64,000 nucleotides of DNA from Azolla caroliniana (taxonomy: Eukaryota > Plantae > Polypodiophyta). The stretch's first letter is position 1; every line of letters begins with the position of its first letter. The stretch covers positions 14,384,001 through 14,448,000 of the forward strand of contig JBHGNT010000017.1 of the NCBI GenBank assembly GCA_043228905.1, read 5' to 3'. A program made the translations under genes and the position numbers. Under the pieces are notes generated by a model. That model was not told where the DNA came from. It ran no database searches and was given only the letters and a program-made list of their open reading frames with translations. Shown here in pieces: positions 53,001 through 64,000 of the stretch.

Positions 53001-55226
53001 TTCAACGAGTCGGCTATGAATCCATCAGTCGAAAAACCGATCGAAGTCCGAAGGGTAACATTTTCCGATGTGCCGACCCTTCAAGAAGGCCCCGCTCTTA
53101 ACACACGGTCAGCTTCACGGGTAGCTGAACCTTACACTACCGACTCGGACAACCCCGACTCGGCACAGCAGAACAATCCGCTTTCGGATCATCCGACCTC
53201 GATACCCGATGCGACCAGTCCAATCATACCTCGACGATCCGAGAGACTGTCGCAACCTCCGGAGAGGTATTCTCCTGGAATTTTCTTCACCGATGCCGGC
53301 GAACCGACGTCTTACGAAGAAGCATCGACATCTGTCGATTCCGCCACCTGGCATCTGGCGATGGAGTCGGAAATGCACTCCATTCGGGCAAACAAGACTT
53401 GGGATCTGGTCGAATTACCTAGGAACCGACGTGCTCTTCCTTGCAAGTGGGTTTATCGACTAAAAGAGACGTCTGATTCGACCACCCCAAAGTACAAGGC
53501 CAGATTAGTTGCGAAGGGCTTCCGACAAGAATATGGCGTTGACTTCGACGAGATTTTTTCACCAGTGGTGAAAATGACAACCCTTCGTTTCCTACTCGGC
53601 GTAGTGGCAGCCGACAACCTGGAGCTGATTCAGCTAGATGTCAAAACAACCTTCCTCCATGGTGATCTTGACGAGGAAATTTATATGGAGCAGCCAAAAG
53701 GCTTCGTGGCGACTGGCCAAGAACATCTAGTCTGCCGACTCAGGAAGAGTCTATACGGCCTCAAACAGGCACCACGACAATGGTACAAGAAGTTCGACGA
53801 CTTCATCCAATCGATCGGCTTCTCAAAAAGCGATGAGGACCATTGTCTTTTTACCAACACAGCTCAAGATGGATCACCCATCTTCCTCATCATTTACGTG
53901 GACGACATGCTAATTTCTGGACGCCACGCGGGCGAACTTGCCGATCTCATTCGGCAACTGCGGTTGAAGTTTGCCATGAAGGACCTCGGTCCGGCACGAC
54001 ACATACTTGGCATGAAGATTAGTCGGCATCGCGATAAGCGACATCTTTTTTTGTCTCAGACCGACTATATCGAACGTGTCTTGGAACGCTTCAACATGCA
54101 ATCAGCCAAATCTGCTTCAACCCCGCTCCCCATGAATCTTCGGCTCTCTCAGCGAGACTGGCCGACATCCGGCCCGGAGGGGGAAGATATGAAGTCGGTA
54201 CCGTATGCACCGGCAGTCGGCTCCCTTATGTACCTGATGGTCGCGACACGGCCTGATATTTCTCACGCCGTAGGAGTCGTCAGCAGATTTATGCACAATC
54301 CCGGCCGATCGCATTGGAACGCAGTCAAGCATGTGTTCAGATATCTGGCTGGCACAAAAGACCACGGCATTCTCTTCGGTCCGAACCGAACCTCAGGCGT
54401 AGTCGGTTACACCGACTCGGACTTCGCCGGCTGTATAGACAGTCGGAAATCAACAACCGGATACTGCTTCAAATTCGGCAATGGAGCAATTTCGTGGAAG
54501 TCGAAACTTCAGGAGTGCACAGCGACCTCAACGACCGAAGCAGAATATGTAGCTGCGTCCGACGCAGCAAAAGAAGCTTTGTGGCTCGGTCGGCTGGCGC
54601 ACACGTTTCGACAAGTCGACCATGACTCGGCCCCAGTTGTCTATAGCGACAGTCAAGGTGTTGTTGCCTTGTCGAGAAATCCGGTTCACCACAACGCCTC
54701 CAAACATATCGACGTTCGATATCACTTCGTTCGGGACTGCGTCATTTCAGGGAAAATCGGTCTAGAGAAAATATCTACAACCGACAATGTCGCAGATGGA
54801 ATGACCAAGTGTCTTTCGGCAGACCGCTTTCGGTCTCTTCAGCATCAGATGGGCGTAACGACAAACCAGTCCGGTTAGAGCCGGACACAGCGCAGGATGG
54901 TTTCCAATGATCGGCTTCAACTCTTCCGACCCGACCAGTTCGGTCTTCTGCCTTCGGACCCTGCCGACTCGAACAAAAACTGATATGTCCGAGAACCTAA
55001 GTTTATACCTGTAATCTTAGATAACCCATGTATACGCCCATTACGGGGGAGTGTCGAATACAAGTGTATAATGGACGTATTCACACTATCCCTTCGGGCC
55101 ATTTGTGTAATTAGCATAAATGGTAGTTGCCCTAAGTCGGTCACTATATATAGTGACCTTGTAACCTTTTTGTAAGGTTGGGTGTTGTATTATTGCTTTG
55201 TGGAATAAAGAGTCTTTTGTGTCTCT
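49869..55226 (+). mobile_element. Young intact Ty1/Copia element A2
   Basis: 5' LTR 49869-50170, PBS-Met TGGTATCAGAGC 50173-50184, single intact polyprotein, PPT 55045-55051, 3' LTR from 55052 cut at 55226. Left target flank is CATAG. Confidence 0.97.
50865..54878 (+). CDS. Copia gag-protease-integrase-RT-RNase H polyprotein (~1337 aa)
   Basis: CNYCKKPGHIKADC, WLLDSGAS, HSDVCGP/RTDNGGE/NGIAER, YVDD, YTDSD and KHIDVRYH; no stops. Confidence 0.97.
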   Translation: MASTSGSSEMSLRKFDGSNFNFWKEQMQDYLIVKGQIDPIENEEPPEGYKPIEWQKLDRIVRATIRMHLSESVYFTVQSCTTAFELWKTLSDTYEKKVAATKMFLIRRLYNLRMKESDSVQAHLNEYESISSQISSQGTAIEDELRAMILMSSLPSSWETFVTTVCNASTTVVKYSEVTSAILTEAARRKSFAKDSTDDAYVVQGSTDRSNIRGRDSSRPPNNQRRRSQSRDNRICNYCKKPGHIKADCRALKNKNNKKSGRHEEINYVSFSADVLPDDPNILSIENPVESEVLLTTEESSTWLLDSGASFHVTPHRSQFRQYTIRHSDSVRVGNSQHCDIIGIGTVELNLAGGSTLVLHNVRHVPELSRPLISVGQLDEDGIRAGFSSGGWTLHRGNLLLARGPKIHSLYPLHVTLREGNLFLVDIPVSSLWHRRLGHLNKAGITHLSRAGYIPKLSFSDHQFCEHCQYGKQAAASHPTSAPRETRPLDLVHSDVCGPMPHQSLGGASYFVSFIDDSTRKVWDYPIRTKDRVFSIFTDWLAMVENQTDRKLKCFRTDNGGEFKSEEFVKFCRQRGIRREFTAPHSPEQNGIAERMNRTIQERIVSMLQHSGLSDGFWAEALLTAVHIINMSPSRPLGLQIPQELWIGSKPNYDKLRIFGCEAYALIPKDDRRKLAPRSRKCIFLGYGSDGEMGYRLWDPERRQIVRSSDVVFNESAMNPSVEKPIEVRRVTFSDVPTLQEGPALNTRSASRVAEPYTTDSDNPDSAQQNNPLSDHPTSIPDATSPIIPRRSERLSQPPERYSPGIFFTDAGEPTSYEEASTSVDSATWHLAMESEMHSIRANKTWDLVELPRNRRALPCKWVYRLKETSDSTTPKYKARLVAKGFRQEYGVDFDEIFSPVVKMTTLRFLLGVVAADNLELIQLDVKTTFLHGDLDEEIYMEQPKGFVATGQEHLVCRLRKSLYGLKQAPRQWYKKFDDFIQSIGFSKSDEDHCLFTNTAQDGSPIFLIIYVDDMLISGRHAGELADLIRQLRLKFAMKDLGPARHILGMKISRHRDKRHLFLSQTDYIERVLERFNMQSAKSASTPLPMNLRLSQRDWPTSGPEGEDMKSVPYAPAVGSLMYLMVATRPDISHAVGVVSRFMHNPGRSHWNAVKHVFRYLAGTKDHGILFGPNRTSGVVGYTDSDFAGCIDSRKSTTGYCFKFGNGAISWKSKLQECTATSTTEAEYVAASDAAKEALWLGRLAHTFRQVDHDSAPVVYSDSQGVVALSRNPVHHNASKHIDVRYHFVRDCVISGKIGLEKISTTDNVADGMTKCLSADRFRSLQHQMGVTTNQSG

Positions 55227-55711
55227 GGGTAGAAGCACGCTACGGTGTACCAGAAAAGTACTGTTTTTGGCCACAAAAATTGTCAGTACTTTTAGTACTG
55301 TTAGTATGAATAATTCAAAAAAAAAAAATCAGAGAAAAAGAAAATCGATTTTGGAGAGTGGGGTGACTGTAGTACAAGTGTCATTTATTGTAGAAGGAGT
55401 GGGGGGAACAGGTGAGGAGATGTTCATTCCATTTTGGGGGCTATTTTCCCCTCACGTCGATTTTGGCGCTTCCCCTCATACTCCTCTTCCTCTATCCCTC
55501 TGAGCTTTTCATCACAGATCCATGTTCAGTTTCTGATTTCCTCCAATCTAAATCTCAGACATCCATGTCTGTTTTGAGCGTTTAAGTTGAGGATTTCTGA
55601 TTTTTTTAGGGTTTCTGTTTTTGTTAGGGTTTAGGTCGAGGTACAGAGACTGTTGGTAGCAGCCAATAGTGACTTCTTCGACAACGACTTTCTTACATCC
55701 ATCCATTGAAG

Positions 55712-56308
55712 TTGGTGTCGTGGTGATTTGTGGCTTTTTCCACCAAATCGAGGCGGCATTGGAGGTTCCTTCCGCCAAATCGAGGCGGCATATCCAACGC
55801 TCCGTCCACCATTGGAGGTTCCTTCCACCAAATCGAGGCGGCATATCCAACGCCCCCTCCATCCATTCGAGGTTCCTTCCATCCGTTTTTTTTATTTTCA
55901 GTACTAAAATGTTACATTTCTTCATATTTCAGTACAAAAATTTTAGAACTGACAATTGTCATATTTGATATGTAATTCTAATGTTTGAAACGAAATATCT
56001 TTCACTTTGCAGGCCACATTTAAAAACATTTGATTTGGTGTCGTGGTGATTTGTGGCTTTTTCCACCAAATCGAGGCGGCATTGGAGGTTCCTTCCACCA
56101 AATCGAGGCGGCATATCCAACGCTCCGTCCACCATTGGAGGTTCCTTTCACCAAACCGTTTTTTTTATTTTCAGTACTAAAATGTTACATTTCTTCATAT
56201 TTCAGTACAAAAATTTTAGAACTGACAATTGTCATATTTGATATGTAATTCTAATGTTTGAAACGAAATATCTTTCACTTTGCAGGCCACATTTAAAAAC
56301 ATTTGATT
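55712..56308 (+). repeat. Subterminal duplication (period 323 bp) with five CCAAATCGAGGCGGCA motifs
   Basis: TTGGTGTCGTGGTGATTTG at 55712 and 56035. Confidence 0.9.
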
Positions 56309-56387
56309 GTGTTTTCTTGGTTGAGTCTATATAACATTAACTACTTTTGCAAGCCACTTAATTTTTGCGGATAAATCTAGTGACCGA

Positions 56388-59300
56388 ATGGGGGTTCCTA
56401 ACGAGAGTGAGTTGTCAAGTAACTCATGCATATCTGAAAGGACTAAGAGACGAGTGGTTCTTCACATAGTCCGTTATTTGGTAGAAATAACAAAGAGATT
56501 TAGTGAAGAGGATCGTAGGGATATTATCTGTAGAGTGTTACACCATCAAAGTTTGAATGAAGACATGGAGAGAATAAAATTTAGGGACCAATGTGTTTCA
56601 GAAGAGATTGTAGAGTCTATGAAGTCATCCCTAGACTTAGTGAAAGGTGTAGAGAGCTTAGACAAACTTGCTGCAAAGAGGGCAGCCCTACACATGGTTG
56701 TGAACGGTGCGAGAGGAAAAAAATATAGTGATACTAAAGTTGCCTTAGCCCTGGGTATTCAAAGAAGGAACTTGAGGAAACATCGCCAAAATATACACTC
56801 AAACAAATTCAAGTGGATGGGGTTGGGACGTAGACGACGATGTGATGCCTTATCTCAAGAGGTTATTGAGAAAGTGGATTCATTTTGGGCCAAAAATACG
56901 CGTGTCTCACCAAATAAGAAGGACGTGTGTAGACAACGAATAAGTCAGGGTAAGTACCAGATTCACCCTAGACACTTCTTGGAGATGACAGAGGTATTCC
57001 ATTTTTTTATATCATTTCACATTCCATAACTTTGTGTTTTGACCAACTGTATATTAATGTTTGCTATATATATTGGTTGATGTAGGCTGAATTGTACATG
57101 AACTTTAAAGATCAACATCCAAGCTTGACTGTTGGATTCCGCAAGTTCCAAGGTTTGAAACCATTTTATGTTAGAAAATTAAATGAGAGGAATACATGTT
57201 GTTGTGTGTACCATGTGAAGATGGACATGTTAAGGCTAGCCGTGAATGCAATGCGTACTGATTGTAAGGGTATACACGGGGAATTATGTGTCTGCACTTG
57301 TGAGATATGTAGACCAAATGGGGAGGATAATAGGTGTAATGCACGAAACATGACTTATGCATCTGTTTCTGAGCTATGGAGGTCTTGTGTTTGTGAAAAA
57401 GAACCATCATGTGAGTGGCATCGTCGTACATGTCTATTAAGAACATGTAAGGTTTGTCCGCTACCATTATTTTGTATGCAGGAGCTTGATTTGGGAAACA
57501 GTCATATCGTGAAATGGAAATATTTAGAGTATGTGACTGAAAATATTGGCAAGGGAGTTGTAACTAAGCGTATCAAGGAAGTATATAAGGAGACATGTGC
57601 TGCTACCCTTGTCTCAGAATTTAAGAAACAACTTGGGGAGTTCATTCCACATAACTTCCGGAGTTATTGGCAAAATTCACAATTCAAGGAATGTATTAAT
57701 AACTTACCAACAGGTGTCATCGTATCTGTTATTGACTTTGCAGAAAACTATACATTTAAAGTTCAGAATGAGGTTCAATCAATGCATTGGTACAATGATC
57801 AATGTACAATACTTGTGCATATTTGCTATTGGAGGCAAGACGGTGAGTTACATAAGAAATCAATATTTTACATTTCAGATGATAAAAAGCATGATACACT
57901 ATTTGTTCAACATTGTTTTAAGCTTCACCATGCAGATTTATTTTCTCTAGGGGTAACCTTTAACCGTCATTGGGTTTGGTCTGATGGTGCTGCCTCGCAG
58001 TTTAAGGCGGCACGATCGTTCTACTTTATCGCCAGGTAATTTTTAATCCATATGTTTAGTACTTACCATGCAATGTGTAAGGAAGTAATTCTTGTGTTAG
58101 TGCATGCATACTAATTATGTTTGTAATTATTAACAAACAGTACTATTCACATGGATGCATACTAATTATGTTTGTAACTATTCGAATCTTGCACTTGTGA
58201 ATGGATGCATGCATACTAATTTTGTTTGTACTATGTTTTAATCCATGTGAAGGGTTCTCCATAGACACATTGTACTATGTTGTGTGTTGTATCTGTACTA
58301 TGTTGTGTTTACAGGAGGATGTAAAGTACTCATCTTGTACTCATAGTATTGTCCGTCCTTAAGAGCATTGTACTAAGTATGTTTTAATCCATGTGAAGGG
58401 TTCTCCATAGACACATTGTACTATGTTGTGTGTTGTATCTGTACTATGTTGTGTTTACAGGAGGATGTAAAGTACTCATCTTGTACTCATAGTATTGTCC
58501 GTCCTTAAGAGCATTGTACTAAGTATGTTTTAATCCATGTGAAGGGTTCTCCATAGACACATTGTACTATGTTGTGTGTTGTATCTGTACTATGTTGTGT
58601 TTACAGGAGGATGTAAAGTACTCATCTTGTACTCATAGTATTGTCCGTCCTTAAGAGCATTGTACTAAGTATGTTTTAATCCATGTGAAGGGTTCTCCAT
58701 AGACACATTGTACTATACAAGAGGATGTAAAGTACTCATCTTCTACTCATAGTATAAACCATACTAAGTTAGTACTAAGTTATATCCATACTAAGTATCG
58801 ATTAATCAATGTGAAGGGTTCTCCATAGACACATTGTAGTATGTTGTGTGTTGGTTCTGTACTATGTTGTGTTTACAAAAGGATGTAAAGTACTCATCTT
58901 GTACTTATAGTATTGTCCGTCCTTAAGAGAATTGTACTAATTATGTTTTAATCCATGTGAAGGGTTCTCCATAGACACATTGTACTATACAAGAGGATGT
59001 TAAGTACTCATCTTGTACTCATAGTATAAACCAGACTAAGTTAGTACTAAGAATTGTACTAAGTATCGACTAATCAATGTGAAGGGTTCTCCATAGACAC
59101 ATTGTACTATGTTGTGTGTTGCTTCTGTACTATGTTGTGTTTACAAAAGGATGTAAAGTACTCATCTTGTACTTATAGTATTGTCCGTCCTTAAGAGAAT
59201 TGTACTAATTATGTTTTAATCCATGTGAAGGGTTCTCCATAGACACATTGTACTATACAAGAGGATGTTAAGTACTCATCTTGTACTCATAGTATAAACC

Positions 59301-60584
59301 AGACTAAGTTAGTACTAAGAATTGTACTAAGTATCGACTAATCAATGTGAAGGGTTCTCCATAGACACATTGTACTATGTTGTGTGTTGCTTCTGTACTA
59401 TGTTGTGTTTACAAAAGGATGTAAAGTACTCATCTTGTACTTATAGTATTGTCCGTCCTTAAGAGAATTGTACTAATTATGTTTTAATCCATGTGAAGGG
59501 TTCTCCATAGACACATTGTACTATACAAGGGGATGTAAAGTACTCATCTTGTACTCATAGTATAAACCAGACTAAGTTAGTACTAAGTTATATCCATACT
59601 AAGTTAGTATTAAATGGATGCCAGTATTAATGGAAGTGTAGTACTCTCTATTGACAACATAGTACTAATTTTGTTGGAAACCTGAGTTACAAAAGCAGGT
59701 ATTTCTCCTTATTCAACATTCGTATGCAATGGAATTACTTCGGGTCTGGACATGGAAAAGGAGAGCATGATGGCGCGGGGGCTGTGATCAAACGTGCCCT
59801 TACAAGTGAGCAGTTGGATAATAATGGTGCTAAGCTACAAAATGCACATGATGTTGTGCAGTGGCTAACATGGAAGATGTCAAATGATGGTAAGAACAGA
59901 TTGTTTGTTGAAGTTCGCGCTGATGAGGTCGATAGAACTAAATCATATGGTTGTAAAACCGTGAAAGGCACACGCAGCACCCATTGTGTGTTAGGGTTTA
60001 GCCGCAAGGACACAACACAATTGTTACTACGTAGTTTATCATGCTTTTGTTCCATGTGTATAGATGAAGCTTGGGATAAATGCATCAACCTATCAATCGT
60101 GGAGCCCTGGAAGTTGCAGAAGCTTGAGCCTGAACGACAAGATGATATTGAAGATGATGTGCATTCAAACGATATTGTATACTACAACCAAAATCAAGAC
60201 TTGGCAGTTTTATTGGAAGTTGGAGATCATTTTGCAGTGCTCAAATCTCCTCAGAATGAAGATTTAGAAGACTACTACATTGTGGTGTGCAAGCAAGGAA
60301 AGACATTATTGAAAGAAGTGGTGAGGGATGGCTGGGGCAACAATTTCAACGTTGGTGAGTCTGTCGTGTATGGAAACTATTATGCAAAGTTGCCGCAGTG
60401 CAAGAACACATATGCATTACTAAAAGAAGCACCCATCGCAATAATCTACGCTGATGCCATTCTTGCGATCAAATTCAATATGACTCAAGCAAAGCACAAG
60501 GTTAAGGGATACAACACTGTCTACAAGGTCCCCCAAGAGGTTCATGAGCACATATTAGGGGAGGTCTCTCTATTTAATGCTTGA
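56388..60584 (+). CDS. Intact spliced transposase, 813 aa; exons 56388-56993, 57086-58035, 59699-60584
   Basis: GT-AG junctions in phase (0 and 2). Motifs CCCVYH, Cys clusters, VIDFAENY, WSDGAASQFK, GSGHGKGEHDGAGAVIKR and SCFCSMC, the pattern I recognise as Sola2-type. Confidence 0.85.
58233..59605 (+). repeat. Ten-unit intronic minisatellite with higher-order structure (146-bp and 122/126-bp units)
   Basis: Core ATGTGAAGGGTTCTCCATAGACACATTGTA in units starting 58241, 58387, 58533, 58679, 58805, 58951, 59073, 59219, 59341 and 59487. Confidence 0.95.
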
Positions 60585-61504
60585 AAGTCACACTCTCAAT
60601 ACATTGTACCCTCTCAATACTTGGAGTTCACTATTAATTTTGATGATTGACAAATGAATTGATATATTTCATCTTTCTTCTAAAGTGTTTATGCCTGTCA
60701 ACCACTTGTACTTATCTTTCATAATATATTAGTTGTTGTCAACAAGACTTGGATTTCTTCATTGCCGATATTGCTCATGTTTCCTGATGTTATTTGAGCA
60801 TAGAAGTTTTGCAGAGCCATGGTAAAATGAGTAAAAATATTGTATATCTTCTTGATAAAGTCTAGATTCATTGCCGTTGGTGTGTCCTCTGTAGGCACAT
60901 AAATCTGTAAGTTGAATTCAAATTATGACTTTAATATTGTAAGATTTTATACTGTAAGTTCATTCTTCAAGAAGCAAATGTGCAATGAAGCCTCAAATTC
61001 CTTAACAAAATAATCCAACTCCTGAAACAATAATTTGTGATAGCTCAAAAAGGGGAGTGTTTCCTTACTACTGTTAGTGGATAGTTCATCCATTGGGATG
61101 ATATCATCAAAATATGGCCCACATTGCTTCAACAATTTGCACAAATTCTGGTTACCCTCCAAATGGGATTGATGAAACAGTCTATACTTCAATAACACCC
61201 GATATTTTCTGTTTATCATCATTAACACCTGAAAACCTAAATTTTCCTAGCAAGCTAAGAAGAATTTCAAGCATTTTATCTACAACAGACTCAAAGACTT
61301 GGCAACTCATCAGGAGATGATCTCAAAAAAGAAACAAAACATTGTAAAAAGAGGAATACTTAGATCAAAAAGTATATTCCCATTGTTTCTACAAAATACA
61401 GAAGTGGAATTTTGACATTGGCAATTGAAACAGTATTTTGGTATCCAAATAGAGGTATTTCAGACATCACTAACAGCTAAAGTTCAAGTACAATCGGAAG
61501 AAAA

Positions 61505-63318
61505 TCAGGCACTAGAGGGTAACTTGGCCGATCTTGTAATGCGCTTGTTGTTGGTGCCAGATTTTACATTCTTCTTTATCTTAAAGCCTTTAGGTATGAG
61601 CTGACTAAGTGGCACTTCATCATCAGAGGCATCAGAGATAGGCGTGGATGCGCGGGCACCTTGTACTGGTGGCAAGCTTGAGAGAGCAACTGTGTTTTCT
61701 GCAACTGCAATGCTTGTACACAAATCCACAAAGGTGCTGTCGATAGTCAAATTATCACTCATCTTTATTCCCCTATCATCATCAATGATGCCTGTACACT
61801 CGTTCTTATTAGACTCCTGTATGTGGACTATGGCAGTAGTCATGGTCAACTCCACTTGTACGGTGGCTGTCAACTCATTCTTAAGACTACGTGTACAATC
61901 AGGCTTATCTGTACAATCAGGCTCCTCATGTGATTCTGTACAATCAGGCTTATCTTCAGGGAAAGCGATGTTCTTTCCACGATCCATTTGGGCATTCTCA
62001 GTACAATCAAGCTCCTCTTCATTACTAGCAATGTTCTTTCCATACTCCTCATCAGAATCTTTAGACAGTACTAGCACATTATCAGTAGACACTACTAACA
62101 CATTATCAGTACAATCAGTCTGCTCTTCAGTACTTGCCATATTCTTTCCACACTCTTCATGGGCTTCAGTCTTCTCTTCAGTACTTGCCATATTCTTTCC
62201 ACACTCTTCATGAGCTTCAATCTTCTCTTCAGTACTTGCCATATTCTTTCCAGAGTCTTCATAGGCTTCAATCTTCTCTTCAGTACTTGCCATATTCTTT
62301 CCAGACTCTTCATGGGCTTCAATCTTCTCTTCAGTACTTGCCATATTCTTTCCACACTCCTCATGGGCTTCTTTAGACATACTGTTGTTTGGACATGCCA
62401 GCTGCTCTTCACATATGAATGCTTCGTTTTTCTCACAATCCTCATGTGTGGAAGATGTGCTTCCAGAATCTGCCTCCGTGGAAAGGTTAATCCCAGAATC
62501 TGACTCTGCACTTGTGCTCCATGAAGTTCCCGATTCAGGCTGCTCTTGTAAACCTAATTAATGGGATTCCAAACAATATTAGTATCAACTCACATACTCA
62601 AAAGTTTGCAAACAATGAACATAGGGTTTTGGGCCACATTTTTACCTAATGTTACATGGTCATACTGTACAGCCGTAGATACCCCATTGCAAGTGGTGGG
62701 CTCGGTCATCTTCTCCACAACATCTAGGTGCTCAACAGTGTTGCTATGATCTATAGAATGCACCAAAAGCAACAATATAATAGGGTTGTTATGAGCTAAA
62801 TCATTGTTTTCAAAGTCTGGCTTTTGACGTTTACCTGGGAGTGTGATAAATTCGTCTTCACGATCAGGTTTTGAACTCGTATCTCCGTCACCAAATATCA
62901 TTTCGTCATCAGCTAGCAACACAAGTACATGGTATTAGACAATGGATTAGGTTGACAACGCTCCTGACAGGTGAGAACTTATATGACTCACCATTGCATT
63001 CAACTTTCCTTTTCTTGCCGTTTCCATACAACATTCTTGCAGCATTTCTCTTCTTACTGGGCTCTATTTCTAAAGACACATCATTTCTCTTCTTAGTGGG
63101 CTCTATTTCAAATTGTTGACCGGAGCTTGGGGAATTTGTTTGTAGAAGCATATGTTCCACTGCTCCAATGGCCCTTCTCATACATTCATCCTCATCATAA
63201 AAATCATAGGTTATTGGTAATGATGGTCCCTGAACCTTGGAATGTGCGGCAGATATTGAGGGTTTAGGCACAGGGGCTGGTAGTTCCATGACCTTCCCTG
63301 GCGTGGAGTTGCTTGACA
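61505..63318 (-). CDS. Unknown acidic, repeat-containing protein; predicted exons 63318-62992, 62912-62646, 62553-61505, with upstream exons outside the window
   Basis: Branch point, pyrimidine tract and AG at 63320-63319. Phase-compatible GT-AG introns join three ORF-track pieces. Basic NLS-like patches (KKRN, KKRK) and a C-terminal SDDEVPLSQL. Confidence 0.6.
62124..62372 (-). repeat. Five 51-bp coding repeats (EAHEECGKNMASTEEKI)
   Basis: Direct in ORF 61505-62380. Confidence 0.95.
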
Positions 63319-63384
63319 CTACGACATTCATTGCAAGAAACAAAAAAACGTTGAACGTTAGTACCATCATCTAAAATATACAAT

Positions 63385-64000
63385 GTAGGTCACAATGTAC
63401 TCCTCACATAGTTCCTAATTTACTGAACTAGTACTAATAAGGAACAATGTACTGCTCACTTAGTTCCCAATTTACACAAGTAGTACTAATCATGCACAAT
63501 ATACACAAGTAGTACTAATCATGCAGAATATACTACTCACTTAGTTACCATGTTACACAAGGAGTACTAATCCCGAACAATGTACCACTGTACTAATCAT
63601 GAACAATGTACTACTCACTTGTTTCCTAAATTAGTGGACTAGTACTTATAAGGAACAATGTACTGCTCACTTAGTTCGCAAATTACACAAATAGTACTAA
63701 TCATGCACAATATACACAAGTAGTACTAATCATGCACAAGTACTAATCCCGAAAAATGCACCACTGACTTTGTCAAATTTATAAGTAGTACTAATCTTGA
63801 ACAATGTACTACTCACTTATTTCCTAAATCACTGAACTAGTACTAATCCCGAACAATGTACTGCTCACTTAGTTCCCAAATTACACAAATAGTACTAATC
63901 ATGCACAATATACTACTCACTTAGTTACCAATTTACACAAATAAGGTACAAATCTAGTACTAATAGGGAACAAAGTACTACTCAGTTCCCAAATTACAAA
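63385..64000. repeat. Degenerate AGTACT-rich tandem array
   Basis: Recurring ACAATGTACT(G/A)CTCACTTAGTT...TAGTACTAATC modules with more than ten AGTACT sites. Confidence 0.9.

Larger units (their letters stand above)
55227..64000 (+). mobile_element. Sola2-like DNA transposon (left end GGGTAGAAGC; right end outside window)
   Basis: Abrupt replacement of the Copia 3' LTR by sequence starting GGG (Sola2 termini are GRG). Contains a DDD-type transposase. The extent beyond 60584 is inferred from shared AGTACT-rich repeats and the absence of the LTR remainder. Confidence 0.7.

Noticed and set aside
58233-59605. CRISPR-like array (invariant ~30-nt core at regular spacing)
   Set aside because: The intervening sequences are themselves repeats rather than unique spacers, there are no cas genes, and the context is a eukaryotic intron.
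60600-61500. RNA-guided nuclease (Fanzor/TnpB) or other enzyme cargo in the DNA transposon
   Set aside because: No RuvC or other catalytic motifs are recognisable in the visible part; only short open frames.

Overview
Plant nuclear DNA, probably a non-seed land plant such as a fern or lycophyte (inferred from the TE lineages and a plastid ndhE fragment ending TRIDQFN..KW). Bases 1-37.5 kb are a pile of nested, mostly decayed LTR retrotransposons. These are two copies of an Athila/Tat-like Gypsy (the second complete, with a long extra 3' ORF), four Copia remnants, an atypical Gypsy with an apparent gag-protease/-1/pol frameshift, a deleted Tcn1-like chromovirus, and two related ~0.7 kb TG..CA elements. 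Both TG..CA elements duplicate ACGT and carry an antisense tRNA-like A/B-box cassette. A host RING-CH (MARCH-type) E3 ligase gene lies at 40.7-45.7 kb, followed by an L1-type LINE interrupted by a young intact Copia. The Copia 3' LTR is cut at 55227 by an apparent Sola2-like DNA transposon with an intact spliced 813-aa transposase, a convergent second gene, and AGTACT-rich tandem arrays in the introns of both genes. The best candidates for novel biology are this two-gene Sola2-like element, the ACGT-targeting tRNA-containing elements and the frameshifting Gypsy. All lineage names come from recalled motifs, not database searches.
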